From Kiritimatiellia bacterium (GTDB taxonomy: Bacteria; Verrucomicrobiota; Kiritimatiellia; JAAZAB01): 64,000 nucleotides of DNA. A model generated the notes under the pieces. It had not been told where the DNA came from. It saw nothing but the letters and a program-made list of their open reading frames with translations, and made no database searches. The position numbers and the translations under genes are program-made. The stretch lies in assembly GCA_040767085.1 (NCBI GenBank), contig JAXGPF010000009.1, positions 32,001 through 96,000 of the forward strand. Reading direction: 5' to 3'. The stretch's first letter is position 1, and each line of letters opens with the position of its first letter. Below are positions 9,648-19,709 of the stretch, one piece after another.

Positions 9648-11062
9648 ACCGAGACCTTGATTTGATCGCGCGTCACCCATTCCCCGGTTTCATCGCCGAT
9701 GGAGATGCGCGCGGGGTACAAAAGGCCCCAATCGCGCCGGCGCCGGTAAGAATCCAGCAATACCGGGAGGCTGGGCTGCAGCCGGCCGCGGAAACGCTCG
9801 CGGCCCCAGACCATGATGCGCACATCTGCCGGATCGATCCCCATACGGGGATGCAGCCAGAGGGTGAAGCGCCGGACATTTTTCGGGGTGACCTCAATCA
9901 CGCCATCGTCCCGGATATAGGCATCCACCGCCCCGCCCGGGACGTGTTTGCGGCGGACGGTGAAGGCGATATTGTTCCAATCGTCCTCCACGGCATCGCG
10001 GCAATCTGACATGGTCAACATGTCGAACATGATGGTTTCGTCGCCCACCTCGTCAATCGTCACCCAGCGCGCATGCGGCGCCTCCGCCAGATCATGAAAA
10101 TCGGTGTGGTTTTGCGCCGCCACGGAAGGCGTCTTGTGCCGGCGCCAGTCGCTCCAGGGCGTCAAGCCGCGCGGCGTCACCGCCACCACCCGCGGGTAAT
10201 ACGGATTGCGCCTTTGATCCCGGCTCCATTTCAGCCATTCGTACAAAGCCGGCCGGGCATCCAGCAACGGATGCCCGCCGGAATGTTCGCGGTAAAAATT
10301 CGCCACTCCAACCTGATCAAGGCGCAGCTTGGCGGCGCGGGCGAACTCGATATCCGTCCCATGCCGGCGCCGGAACATGACTGCGTCGTTGATCCCCTGC
10401 GAAATCCAGATGGTGGTGCCCATCAACGCCGGCCAGTAAGCCAGGTCCCAGTGGCTGGACGAACTGAAAACGCTGGCAAACCGGTCCGCCAGGCGATGCG
10501 CCATGTGATTGGCGCCCATGCCGCCCATTGAAGTGCCGCCCAGAATGACATTGTCGGGATCAATATTATAAAAACTCTCCAGTTCGGTAATGACATCCGC
10601 CAGGTACGGCTCCGCCTCCGGCAGATGCCAGCGCGCCCAACTGCGGGGATGCGGCGGCGCCGACGGACAGCAAACGATCCGCCCGCTGCCTTCCAGCAAA
10701 TCATTGAGATTCTGGTGCTCATAAAAGTGCCGCCCGCCATCACCGCCGCCCCGCCCTCCGCCATGCAACATGAGCAGCAGCCCATAAGCCCGGGCCGGAT
10801 CATAATCCGGCGGCACATAGACGGTCAGCGGCTGGTCGGGATATCTGCCGGCCAACCCCGGCGACAGGAAGGCGCGGCTGATCTGCCAGCCGGTGGCCGG
10901 CCGCGGCGGACGGACCGGTTTTAATGCGGCGATGATTTCATCGAAATCCGCCGGCGGAACGTCCTGCAAGGCGGCGCGCAGTTCCATGCGCGCGGCTTCG
11001 CCGCCGGTCGACAGATATGCGCGAGCTTGTTGGATAATGGCCTGCATGGCGTTAAGATTCAT
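9644..11062 (-). CDS. Alpha/beta-hydrolase-fold esterase/peptidase
   Basis: YVPPDYDP, LHGGG, IDPDNV.L.GTSMGG nucleophile elbow, G.ND, terminal GGH. Confidence 0.78.
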   Translation of the reverse strand: MNLNAMQAIIQQARAYLSTGGEAARMELRAALQDVPPADFDEIIAALKPVRPPRPATGWQISRAFLSPGLAGRYPDQPLTVYVPPDYDPARAYGLLLMLHGGGRGGGDGGRHFYEHQNLNDLLEGSGRIVCCPSAPPHPRSWARWHLPEAEPYLADVITELESFYNIDPDNVILGGTSMGGMGANHMAHRLADRFASVFSSSSHWDLAYWPALMGTTIWISQGINDAVMFRRRHGTDIEFARAAKLRLDQVGVANFYREHSGGHPLLDARPALYEWLKWSRDQRRNPYYPRVVAVTPRGLTPWSDWRRHKTPSVAAQNHTDFHDLAEAPHARWVTIDEVGDETIMFDMLTMSDCRDAVEDDWNNIAFTVRRKHVPGGAVDAYIRDDGVIEVTPKNVRRFTLWLHPRMGIDPADVRIMVWGRERFRGRLQPSLPVLLDSYRRRRDWGLLYPARISIGDETGEWVTRDQIKVSV

Positions 11063-11108
11063 ATGACATCCCTGCGGGGATGTCAATTTTTTTCGGCTGA
11101 TATGATGA

Positions 11109-11477
11109 TTACAGTGGCCGGCGGCGCCGGGTGATTTCCACGGCAGCGCGCGCCAGGCAGCGGCAGGGCCGCGGCTTGGCCAGCAGTATCCGGACTTCTG
11201 ATATGCGCCGGTCTGCCAAACACTCCGCCGCCAGCCGGTGCGCCAGCGATTCCAGCAAGACCCAGGGGCGGCCACGCGCCGCCGCGCGCAGGCGTTCCGC
11301 CAGCGCGGCGTAATCCACGGTATCCGCGAGGGCATCCGATCTCCCGGCCGGCGCCAGGTCGCAAACCAGCGCCACGGACGCCAGCAACCGGCGCGGGCGC
11401 CGGCGTTCGGCCGGGGTAACCCCGATCCGGCAGTGCAAAACCAAATCGTCCAGATGCATTAAGTCCCGGTATGACAT
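11109..11477 (-). CDS. folB: Dihydroneopterin aldolase
   Basis: IGV..AER, D.LADTVDY, LLESLA, K-P motif. Confidence 0.85.
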   Translation of the reverse strand: MSYRDLMHLDDLVLHCRIGVTPAERRRPRRLLASVALVCDLAPAGRSDALADTVDYAALAERLRAAARGRPWVLLESLAHRLAAECLADRRISEVRILLAKPRPCRCLARAAVEITRRRRPL

Positions 11478-11480
11478 AGG

Positions 11481-12197
11481 CTATCCCCGGAGGTGCTGGC
11501 CCCCATCTACATAAATCACCTGGCCGGTAATGACGTCGCTGGTCAACAGGAACAGCAGCGCCGCGGCGATATCCTGCGGCGCCGGCCGGCGTCCCAAGGG
11601 AATGTCTCCGGCCGGCTCGCGCGCCGCCCGGCGACGCGGCAGCAGCACCGGGCCGGGGGCAATGGCGTTGATGACGCAGGCCGGCGCCAGTTCCAGGGCG
11701 GCCGCGGCCGTCGTCGCCGCCAGGGCCTTTTTCGACAGGGAGTAAGCCAGGGAATCGGAACGGTTGGAGACGATGCGTTGATCCAGGATATTGACGATCC
11801 GGCCGGCGGCGGTTTGCGCGGCGAAGTAACGCATCAGCAGCACCGGAGCAACCAGATTGATTTCCAAGGCCGCGCGCAGGTCGGCGGCGCCGGTATGGCG
11901 CAGGTCGCAGCGGTGGAAGACGGCGGCGTTATTGACGAGGATATCCAGGCCGCCCAGCGCGCGCCGCGCGGCGCCGATCAGGCGGCGGCAATCCGCCGGG
12001 CGCGCCAAATCCGCCGGCAGGGCCGCCGCCCGGCAGCCGCGCCGGCGCAAGGCTTCAGCCAGTTCCCCGGCCGCGCGGCGCGACCGGTGGTAATGCACCC
12101 CCACATCGCAACCGGCATCCGCCAACGCCAGGCATAGCGCCTGGCCGATGCGCATCGCCCCGCCGGTAACCAAGGCCTTTTTACCGCTTAAAATCAT
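11481..12197 (-). CDS. SDR oxidoreductase, pteridine reductase/FolM-like
   Basis: TGGAMRIG, NNAA, YSLSK, NAIAPG, ITGQVIYVDGG; adjacent to folB. Confidence 0.85.
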   Translation of the reverse strand: MILSGKKALVTGGAMRIGQALCLALADAGCDVGVHYHRSRRAAGELAEALRRRGCRAAALPADLARPADCRRLIGAARRALGGLDILVNNAAVFHRCDLRHTGAADLRAALEINLVAPVLLMRYFAAQTAAGRIVNILDQRIVSNRSDSLAYSLSKKALAATTAAAALELAPACVINAIAPGPVLLPRRRAAREPAGDIPLGRRPAPQDIAAALLFLLTSDVITGQVIYVDGGQHLRG

Positions 12198-12972
12198 CGG
12201 AATGAATCCATTTTCCCAGTGCGCGATCGTAGACATCCACCACCCAGCGCAGGGGCGAATACATCAGGCGCAGGCGGACCATGGCCACGAACATTTCCAG
12301 GGAAGCCCGGACGATGTTCAGACGCGAACCGGAAATATCATGCCACACCGTGGGGGCTTCGACAATGGAAAAACCGGCGCGGCGCAGTTGGAAAAGCAGG
12401 TCCACGTCGAACGCCCAGCGAGTGATCCCCAGCGCCGGCAAAACCGCGCGGCCGGCGGCGCGGGTCATCAACTTGGCGCCGCACTGGGTGTCCGAGATGC
12501 GCAAGCCGAATAAAAGCCGCACAAACCAATTAAAAAGCAGGGAAGCCGCCCGGCGGCTCAGCGGCTGGCGCGGGCTGATCCGGGAGCGCGGATGCCGGCG
12601 CGAGGCGATCACGGCTCCAGCCGCGCCGATGCGGCGCACCAGGTCATGAAAGGCCTCCGGGGGAGTCGCGCCGTCGGCATCCACAAAACCGATCAAGCCG
12701 CCCCGGGCGCGCTCCAGCCCCAGGATGACCGCGCCGCCTTTGCCGATAACGCGATTTTCCACGATGACCTGCAACTGTGGGAAGCGGGGCGCGAATGATC
12801 GCGCCACCGCTTCCGTGGCGTCGCGGGATCCGTTCACCACCACCAGCAATTCAAACGCGCCATCGAAAATTTCGCTGAAATACGGCAGGTATGCCTCCAG
12901 CATCCGGCCCAGCCGTGCTTCCTCGTTATAAGCTGGCACAACAATCGATAATTGGAGGCTGGATTGGTCCAT
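12181..12972 (-). CDS. GT2 glycosyltransferase (dolichyl/polyprenol-phosphate glycosyltransferase-like)
   Basis: IVVPAYNEE, GKGGAV, FVDADG, DTQCG.K, WAFDVD. Confidence 0.88.
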   Translation of the reverse strand: MDQSSLQLSIVVPAYNEEARLGRMLEAYLPYFSEIFDGAFELLVVVNGSRDATEAVARSFAPRFPQLQVIVENRVIGKGGAVILGLERARGGLIGFVDADGATPPEAFHDLVRRIGAAGAVIASRRHPRSRISPRQPLSRRAASLLFNWFVRLLFGLRISDTQCGAKLMTRAAGRAVLPALGITRWAFDVDLLFQLRRAGFSIVEAPTVWHDISGSRLNIVRASLEMFVAMVRLRLMYSPLRWVVDVYDRALGKWIHSDDFKR

Positions 12973-13054
12973 AATCTTCACAAGCGGCCTGCGGCCACGA
13001 TTAAAGACTGCAGGCTGCCTTCAGATACCAGGCGCCAGGCTGCCAGCGCCGGAT

Positions 13055-14206
13055 TTATGACGACGCATCCCGCACTTTCTGGATGGGCAGGCCGCGCCGG
13101 ATGTAAGTCGGCTTATCGAGGTTCTCGCTGTCCATGATTGTCGGCTCGACGCCATCAAACCGGCCGGCGGCATTGGCGCCGAACAAACTGAGCTGCGTGG
13201 CTTTGCCGCGCGGAACCGGCGATGGCGCCGGCGCGGTTTTGCCCACCGCCCCCAGCGCGGCGGGATTGGCGTCTTCCGCCAGGAACACCATGGCCCAGAT
13301 TTTGCCGGTCAGCGCCGGATCGCAAGCCATTCCCGTCATCATTAACGCTTCCGCGCCGCCGTTGCCGCCCAGGCGCGCAACGATGTGCTGCGCTTCCCGC
13401 AGGGTTAAATCCGGGCCGCCGGAAATATTCAAAATGAAGGCGCGAGCTGCGCGCAATGCCGCCCCGCCGTCCAGCAAAGGGTGGTTCAACAAGGCCGCCG
13501 CCGCCTGTTCCGCCTTGTCGTCGCCCGCGGCTTCCGCGCAGGCCATCAGGCAGCGCCCGTTGCCCAGGCGCACCAGAGCGCATAAATCAGCGAAGGAAAC
13601 GTTAATCACGCCGCGCCGGGCCAGCAGGCGCCAGAGCGCCTGCAGGCAAGCGCGCAAGAAGTCATGCGCATTATCGAACAGGCGGTCCAGCGGGGCATCC
13701 TCCGCCGCGCCGGACAACAGGCGCTGGTTCGGCAGGCAGATTACGCCGTCCGCCGCCTCCTGCAAGGCCAGCAGCCCCTGCGCCGCCTGGTCCTGGCGGC
13801 GGCGGCTTTCGCAATCGAAAGGCAGCATGGACAGCGCCAGCGTCAAGGCGCCAAACTTACGGGCCTCGGCCATGATCATGGGCGCCGCCCCGGTCCCCGT
13901 GCCGCCGCCCAATCCCGTCGCCAGCAATACCAGCCGGGCCTGCTCCAGCCATGGCCGCAAGGCGGGCAGGTCTTCTTCCATGGCACGTTGACCCAGGCGG
14001 GGGTCGCCGCCCGTGCCCAGGCCATGAAGATGCCGCGCGCCGATTTGCAGGAATTGCACGCCGGCATCCGGCGGCATCTCGCGCGCTTCCGTGTTGACCG
14101 CCAGCATTGGCGGATGCTCCGGCCAGGCGGAAGCCAACGCCGCGACGGCCGTGCAACCGCTGTCACCCACCCCGACAATCAACATATTCGTTGGCGGCAT
14201 ATCCAC
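13055..14206 (-). CDS. ftsZ: Cell division protein FtsZ (divergent)
   Basis: Tubulin signature GLGGGTGTGAAP, GLGTGGDP, C-terminal LDKPTYIR peptide; follows ftsQ-ftsA. Confidence 0.88.
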   Translation of the reverse strand: MDMPPTNMLIVGVGDSGCTAVAALASAWPEHPPMLAVNTEAREMPPDAGVQFLQIGARHLHGLGTGGDPRLGQRAMEEDLPALRPWLEQARLVLLATGLGGGTGTGAAPMIMAEARKFGALTLALSMLPFDCESRRRQDQAAQGLLALQEAADGVICLPNQRLLSGAAEDAPLDRLFDNAHDFLRACLQALWRLLARRGVINVSFADLCALVRLGNGRCLMACAEAAGDDKAEQAAAALLNHPLLDGGAALRAARAFILNISGGPDLTLREAQHIVARLGGNGGAEALMMTGMACDPALTGKIWAMVFLAEDANPAALGAVGKTAPAPSPVPRGKATQLSLFGANAAGRFDGVEPTIMDSENLDKPTYIRRGLPIQKVRDASS

Positions 14207-14209
14207 CTT

Positions 14210-15412
14210 TCACCGTCCCATCCAGCGCGCCATTTTCTGCCAAAAACCCGGCGGGGGCGCGCGGCGCGCGTTCTTGATCGCATAGCGTATCATTCCCAGC
14301 GGGGCGGCATATTCGGGACCTTCGTAGGCATTGGCCATGCCGCTGTAATTCTTGGGCTTGCCGACGGAACAGGGCAAGTCAAACACCCGCTCCGCCACCC
14401 CGGCGATGCCCTTGAGATGCGATCCGCCGCCGGCCAGGACCACGCCCGCGCCCAATCCCGGCACCAGGCCGCGGGCGTCAAGGTTGCGTTTGATAATTTC
14501 GAACAATTCGCTCACCCGGGCGTTGATGATCGTGTAAAGATCGGCGGCGGAGATGGAACAGGCGGCGAAACCGCCCTCGGCATGGATCGTGATCCGCTGG
14601 AATGGGGCGCCGGAATTCATGATCTGGGCCGTGCCGTTTTCCTTTTTCAAGACTTCAGCCCGCTTCATCGGCAGGTTGAATCCCATGGCAATGTCATTGG
14701 TCACGTGATCGCCGCCAACCGCCAGGACGCCGACATCGGCGATGATGCCGTCATGGTAAACCAGATAACTGCTGGTGCCCGCGCCCAGGTCGATGACCAG
14801 CACCCCGCATTCCTTCTGCTCCGGCGTCAAGGTGGCCAGCGCGGAGCACAAGCCGCTGCAGGCGAGATCCGTGACTTCCAGGCCGACCGATTGCGCCGCA
14901 TTTACAAACTGGCTGAGCAGGTTCCGCAAGCCATGCACGATCAGCATGTCCAGCGAAAGGCGGCTGCCCTGCATTTTTTCCGGGTTGACGATCCCGGTCT
15001 GGCTGTCCACGGTGTATTTCTGGGGAATGGAGTGCAGCACCTCGCGGTCATGCGGCAGGTTGATTGTCCGGGCGATGTGCATCACCTCGTTAATGTCCTC
15101 TTCCGTCACGCCGCGCAGGGCATCAAACACGGGCACGCTGCCGGGATTGATCACGCTCTGGATATGCCCGCCCGCGGCCACCAGGTTCACCGCGCGGATG
15201 TCCACGCCGCCGCTTTCCTCGGCGCCCCGCACGGCCAGCCGGACGCATTCCGCCGCCTTCTCGAGGTCAACGATGATGCCTTTGCGCACACCGCAGGAAG
15301 GGCATTGCCCCAGTCCGGTAATCAGGATGTTGCCATCTTCGCGCGCTTCACCTACCAGCGCGCAGATTTTTGCAGTTCCGATTTCCAACGCCACCACCGG
15401 CGGAAATGACAT
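14210..15412 (-). CDS. ftsA: Cell division protein FtsA
   Basis: ALEIGTAKI, GVRKG.IVD, IDLGAGT, GGDHVTNDI, VVLAGGGS. Confidence 0.95.
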   Translation of the reverse strand: MSFPPVVALEIGTAKICALVGEAREDGNILITGLGQCPSCGVRKGIIVDLEKAAECVRLAVRGAEESGGVDIRAVNLVAAGGHIQSVINPGSVPVFDALRGVTEEDINEVMHIARTINLPHDREVLHSIPQKYTVDSQTGIVNPEKMQGSRLSLDMLIVHGLRNLLSQFVNAAQSVGLEVTDLACSGLCSALATLTPEQKECGVLVIDLGAGTSSYLVYHDGIIADVGVLAVGGDHVTNDIAMGFNLPMKRAEVLKKENGTAQIMNSGAPFQRITIHAEGGFAACSISAADLYTIINARVSELFEIIKRNLDARGLVPGLGAGVVLAGGGSHLKGIAGVAERVFDLPCSVGKPKNYSGMANAYEGPEYAAPLGMIRYAIKNARRAPPPGFWQKMARWMGR

Positions 15413-15425
15413 AACCACTCCGTTG

Positions 15426-16313
15426 CTACTGCTGCGCCGGAAAATTATTTTCCAGCGTCATATTGAGGATTTTGAAGGCGCGGCCCTGGCGCTTGATATC
15501 CGCCAACCGCTGTAATTTCTTCTCCAGATACTGGCGCGACAATGTGGAACGAAAGTTCATCTGCTGCCAGGCAAAGCGTACTTCGCTGTCATCTGCCAGC
15601 AGCAGATTCAATTCTTCGGGCGCCCTCAAATCCACCCGCACGATATTCACATAACGTCCGGCCGGCGTGTTTTGGCAGGCGCCTAAAACATCCAGCGCCA
15701 GCATGATCCGCGTGCCGCCCAGGTCCATGCCCGGACGCGCCAGAACCAGGTCATGCCCGGTAATCCAAGGCAGCCGGCGGGCGGCGTCCACCCCCCCCAT
15801 GACCCGTCCTTCGGCATCGAGGGCCAGGGTGTATCCCTCCATTTTCAAACGCGCCAGAGCGGCCCGCTCCCGCGCCCGCACCAGCAACTGGCTGGGCAGG
15901 CGGCGCGATAATTCCACATCCTTGAGCTTGGGCAGCTTGGCCAGCAAGGCACGGCGGGCGACCGGCAGGCTGTCGGCAAAAAGGTTGTCCCCGGGACGAA
16001 ACGGCAAAAACGCCAGGATATCCGCCTGGGCCACCTCGATCCCGGGGCATTCTACGCGGATGTCGCGGAGCGTAAAGAAGCGGTTGTTCCAGAAAAGCGC
16101 GCCGCCGATCGCATGAAATGTCATCCAGATGACCGTCAGCCCGGCGCCGAAAGCGAGCGCGATCACCGCCACGGCCGCGCCTTTGCGCCAATTCCAGCGG
16201 CTGCCGCCGTCCCGCCGCATTTTAACTTCCAGGATGGACGGCCGCGCCGCAGCCGCGCGCCGGCGCGCGCCGCGGCGCTCTCGTTGAATTTGCTGCCTGC
16301 GCTTGAAAAACAT
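15426..16313 (-). CDS. ftsQ: Cell division protein FtsQ/DivIB
   Basis: Basic N-terminus, one TM helix, POTRA-like segment (RRLPSQLLV…ER); lies between ddl and ftsA; GGAGG RBS. Confidence 0.82.
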   Translation of the reverse strand: MFFKRRQQIQRERRGARRRAAAARPSILEVKMRRDGGSRWNWRKGAAVAVIALAFGAGLTVIWMTFHAIGGALFWNNRFFTLRDIRVECPGIEVAQADILAFLPFRPGDNLFADSLPVARRALLAKLPKLKDVELSRRLPSQLLVRARERAALARLKMEGYTLALDAEGRVMGGVDAARRLPWITGHDLVLARPGMDLGGTRIMLALDVLGACQNTPAGRYVNIVRVDLRAPEELNLLLADDSEVRFAWQQMNFRSTLSRQYLEKKLQRLADIKRQGRAFKILNMTLENNFPAQQ

Positions 16314-16406
16314 CGCGCCCACCCTCCGTCATCGCGCTGGTTGATCCCGTCGATTCCCGCGCCAGTTTTGCCGCCGGTTTTTACCGTTCCGCATGTATCC
16401 GGCCGG

Positions 16407-17306
16407 CTAAGCCGGCGCCGGAATTTCCGCCAGCGCCAGTTCCATGATCCGACGGCACAAATCCGCGAACGGCAGACCCGCGGCGGCCGCGGCCTTCGGC
16501 AGCAGGCTGGTTTCGGTAAAACCGGGAATGGTGTTCAATTCCAGCGCGAACAACGCGCCATCATCGCGCAGACGGAAATCCACCCGGCCGAACCCGCGTC
16601 CGCCTAAAACCTGAAACGTCCGGACGGCCAAATCCTGGCAGCGCCCTGCGGTTTCCTCCGGGAGGGGCGCGGGGGCGAGGTATTCCGTCACGCCCTGGGT
16701 ATACTTGGCGCGGTAATCGTAGTTGCTGTCGGGCGCGCGGATTTCCACCACCGGCAATGCCTGGCCGCCCACAATCCCCACCGTCAACTCGCGCCCCGGA
16801 ATGTATTCCTCGACCACCACCGCGCCGTTATAAGCCATGGCGTCCGCCAGCGCGGCGTCCCATTCCGCTTCACGGAGCACCCGGTGCACACCGAAGCTCG
16901 ATCCCTGGCGCGGCGGTTTAACCACAGCCGGCAAGGGCATCTGACGGCGTCCGCCGGGTTGCAGCACTTCGTATCCCGGCGTGGGGATGCCGTTGGACAG
17001 CATGGCTTGCTTGGAAAGTATTTTGTCGAAAGCCAGCCGGCTGGCTGCCGGCCCCGAGCCGGTGTAAGGCACCCCCAACACTTCCAGGCGTTCCTGCACG
17101 GCGCCATCCTCGCCGAATTCACCGTGCAGCGCGATGAACGCCGCCTGCGCGTTTTCCGGCAGAACCAGTTCCGGTCCGGTGATATCAACTTCCTCGACCA
17201 TGTAGCCAGCCTGGCGCAAACCGCGCGCCACAGCCGCGCCGGAACGCAGCGACACTTCGCGTTCCTTGGAAAAACCGCCCATTAAAACCGCAATTGTAGC
17301 ACCCAT
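16407..17306 (-). CDS. ddl: D-alanine--D-alanine ligase
   Basis: GG.S.EREVSL.SG, ALHG.FGEDG, GSSFG, YDY.AKY, LELNTIPGFT. Confidence 0.95.
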   Translation of the reverse strand: MGATIAVLMGGFSKEREVSLRSGAAVARGLRQAGYMVEEVDITGPELVLPENAQAAFIALHGEFGEDGAVQERLEVLGVPYTGSGPAASRLAFDKILSKQAMLSNGIPTPGYEVLQPGGRRQMPLPAVVKPPRQGSSFGVHRVLREAEWDAALADAMAYNGAVVVEEYIPGRELTVGIVGGQALPVVEIRAPDSNYDYRAKYTQGVTEYLAPAPLPEETAGRCQDLAVRTFQVLGGRGFGRVDFRLRDDGALFALELNTIPGFTETSLLPKAAAAAGLPFADLCRRIMELALAEIPAPA

Positions 17307-17307
17307 A

Positions 17308-19686
17308 TCAATCACAATATACTATCTCGCGGACAAGCTCAATATCAAAACCGACCGACACTCTTTTTTTCATGATTTCGATCAGCGCCCGGATATCCGA
17401 TGCCGTGGTTCCGGCCTCCGCCGTGATCACATTGGCGTGGGTTTCAGCCACCCGCGCGCCGCCGACCGCCAGGCTTTTGCAGCCGGCAGCCTCCAGCAGG
17501 CGGCCGGCATAATCGCCCGGCGGATTGCGGAACACCGAGCCGGCGGAGGCGCCCCAATGCATTTTGCCGCGGCGCGCTGCTATCTCCGCCAGGCGCCGGC
17601 GAATTTCCGCGGGCGCCGCCGGAACTGCCTGTAAAACCGCGCCAACCGCCACCCTTTGATCCAGGCCCCGGCAAGCGCGGTATCCGAATCCCAGTTCCGC
17701 CGCCGCCAGATCGCTGGCAACGCCGGTCCGGTCCAAACACAGAGCCGAGGTCACGCAGGTTCCGATGGCCGCGCCCCAGGCGCCGGCGTTCATGCGCAAT
17801 GCGCCGCCCACCGTGCCGGGAATACCGTGTAAAAATTCCAGTCCGCCCAGGCCCTGTTCCGCGCACCAGGCGGTCAACTCCGCCAGCCGTACCCCGGCGC
17901 CCGCCTCCAACCGGTCCGGGCCCAGTCGGCGCAGTTGCCGGAATCCTTCGCCCGTCAGGCGCAGGACCAGCCCGCGCACTCCCAGATCACTGACCAGCAC
18001 ATTACTGCCGGCGCCCAGGCAGGTCACCGGCACCTGGCAGCGCGCGGCCCAGCGCAAGACGGCGGCGGCATCCGCCGGATCCCCCGCATCCACCAGCATG
18101 TCGGCCGGTCCGCCCACGCGCCAGGTAGTGCAGGCTGCCAACGATTGCCACGCCTGCCAGCGCGTGGCAGGACCCAATTGCAGCCGGACCAGTTCATCCC
18201 GCCACCCGGGAATCGGGTTCAAAGCCGTCCCCGTCCGCGCGGAATCCAGGGCCGCCGCCGCCCAATCCGCCAGGCGCGCCACATCGCCGGCGCCCGCCAC
18301 CAGCAAATCGTCGCCCGCCGCCAGCGTCCGCCGCAAATATTCCCGGATTTGCTCCATTTCGGCCGCCAGTACGCGCGGCGGCGCGACATTGGACCGGCGG
18401 AAAGCGGCGTACAAATCCCAGACCGTGCCGCCCGCGTCTGCCGTCTCCGATGCCGCGTAAACCGGCGCCAGCAGCAATTCATCCACGCCGGCAAATGCCC
18501 CCGGGAAAGCCTCCGCCAGCGCCCGGGTACGGGTATGACGGTGCGGTTGATACACCATTATACGCCGGCGGGCCGGACCGGCATCGCCGCCTGGATGCGG
18601 CAACCGGCCGAGCATGCCGACGGCGGCCGCGATTTCCGTGGGATGATGGGCGTAATCCGAAAACACCCGGATTGCGGCGGAAGCGTAAATTGTTTCGAAC
18701 CGCCGGCGCACCGGCACAAAACCCGCCAGGGCGCGCGCTGCTCCCGCCGGCGCGCAACCCAGCGCCCGGGCGGCGGCGCAGGCGGCCAGGGCGTTCAAGG
18801 CGTTGTGGCGGCCCGCCACCGGCAGCGCCAATTCCATGTCCGGCGCATCCGGCCAGCGCACCCGCAGCCGGATGGACTGTCCGTCATCGCGTAAATCGAC
18901 GCCGCACACGGCGGCGCCGGGTGCAAAGCCATAACCAACCGCCCCGGGTATTCTGGCGCCCAGTTCCGCCGCCGCGGGGTCATCGGCGCAGTAAACCACG
19001 CGGCGGCGCGTACGCGCCAAAACCGCGGCAAAACATGCGCGCAATTCATCCAGACTGGCATAATGCTCGGCATGGTCAAATTCCACGTTAGTCAAGACCG
19101 TCACATCGGGGGCATAGTCCGCGAGCGTCCCATCGCTTTCATCGGCCTCGGCAACGCAAAGCCGGGCGCCGTTGCCCCGGCCGGCCACACCGTCAAAGGC
19201 CGGGCAATCGCCGCCGATGCACCAGGCCGGCGCCAGACCGCATTGCCGTAGAATCTGGGTCAGCATGGCCGCGGTGGTGGTTTTGCCGTGGGTGCCGCAA
19301 ACCGCCGCGGCGGTCCGTCTCTTCAACCAGGCGGCCAACACCGCGCCGCGCTGGTAAACCGGCAGACCCGCCGCCGCCGCCGCGCGCAATTCCGGATGCG
19401 AGACCGGCACGGCGGTGCTGCGGATCAGCCAGTCTACGCCTGTCAAATGCTCCGCGGAGTGCCCCGTGAATACTTGCACGCCGCGCTCCGCCAGCCAACC
19501 GGCCAGCCGGCTGCCGCCGCGGGCGGCATCGCAGCCGCTGACTGCCCAACCGTCGCACCGCAACTGGTAAGCCAAGCCGGCCAGGCCGACGCCGCAGACC
19601 CCGAGACAATGCACATGTCCGCCGGGGTGCGCCAGCAGGCGCGCCAGCGCGGCCTGCTCACCGTGCTGATGACTGCCTGGGTCCAT
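17308..19686 (-). CDS. murC-murB: Bifunctional MurC-MurB fusion (UDP-MurNAc--L-Ala ligase + UDP-MurNAc dehydrogenase)
   Basis: MurC: GTHGKTTT, EADESDG, DYAHHPTE, QPHR. MurB: TWRVGGPA, GAGSN, GIPGTVGGA..MNAGA, SAGSVFRNP, HAN. One 792-aa ORF. Confidence 0.92.
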   Translation of the reverse strand: MDPGSHQHGEQAALARLLAHPGGHVHCLGVCGVGLAGLAYQLRCDGWAVSGCDAARGGSRLAGWLAERGVQVFTGHSAEHLTGVDWLIRSTAVPVSHPELRAAAAAGLPVYQRGAVLAAWLKRRTAAAVCGTHGKTTTAAMLTQILRQCGLAPAWCIGGDCPAFDGVAGRGNGARLCVAEADESDGTLADYAPDVTVLTNVEFDHAEHYASLDELRACFAAVLARTRRRVVYCADDPAAAELGARIPGAVGYGFAPGAAVCGVDLRDDGQSIRLRVRWPDAPDMELALPVAGRHNALNALAACAAARALGCAPAGAARALAGFVPVRRRFETIYASAAIRVFSDYAHHPTEIAAAVGMLGRLPHPGGDAGPARRRIMVYQPHRHTRTRALAEAFPGAFAGVDELLLAPVYAASETADAGGTVWDLYAAFRRSNVAPPRVLAAEMEQIREYLRRTLAAGDDLLVAGAGDVARLADWAAAALDSARTGTALNPIPGWRDELVRLQLGPATRWQAWQSLAACTTWRVGGPADMLVDAGDPADAAAVLRWAARCQVPVTCLGAGSNVLVSDLGVRGLVLRLTGEGFRQLRRLGPDRLEAGAGVRLAELTAWCAEQGLGGLEFLHGIPGTVGGALRMNAGAWGAAIGTCVTSALCLDRTGVASDLAAAELGFGYRACRGLDQRVAVGAVLQAVPAAPAEIRRRLAEIAARRGKMHWGASAGSVFRNPPGDYAGRLLEAAGCKSLAVGGARVAETHANVITAEAGTTASDIRALIEIMKKRVSVGFDIELVREIVYCD

Positions 19687-19709
19687 TGCTACTCCTCGGA
19701 TCAGTCCCG

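Noticed and set aside
9644-11335. 563-aa version of the esterase
   Set aside because: The N-terminal extension overlaps folB in another frame; the ATG at 11062 is the plausible start
16328-16393. 21-aa Arg-rich mini-ORF between ddl and ftsQ
   Set aside because: No RBS or recognisable motif; likely chance
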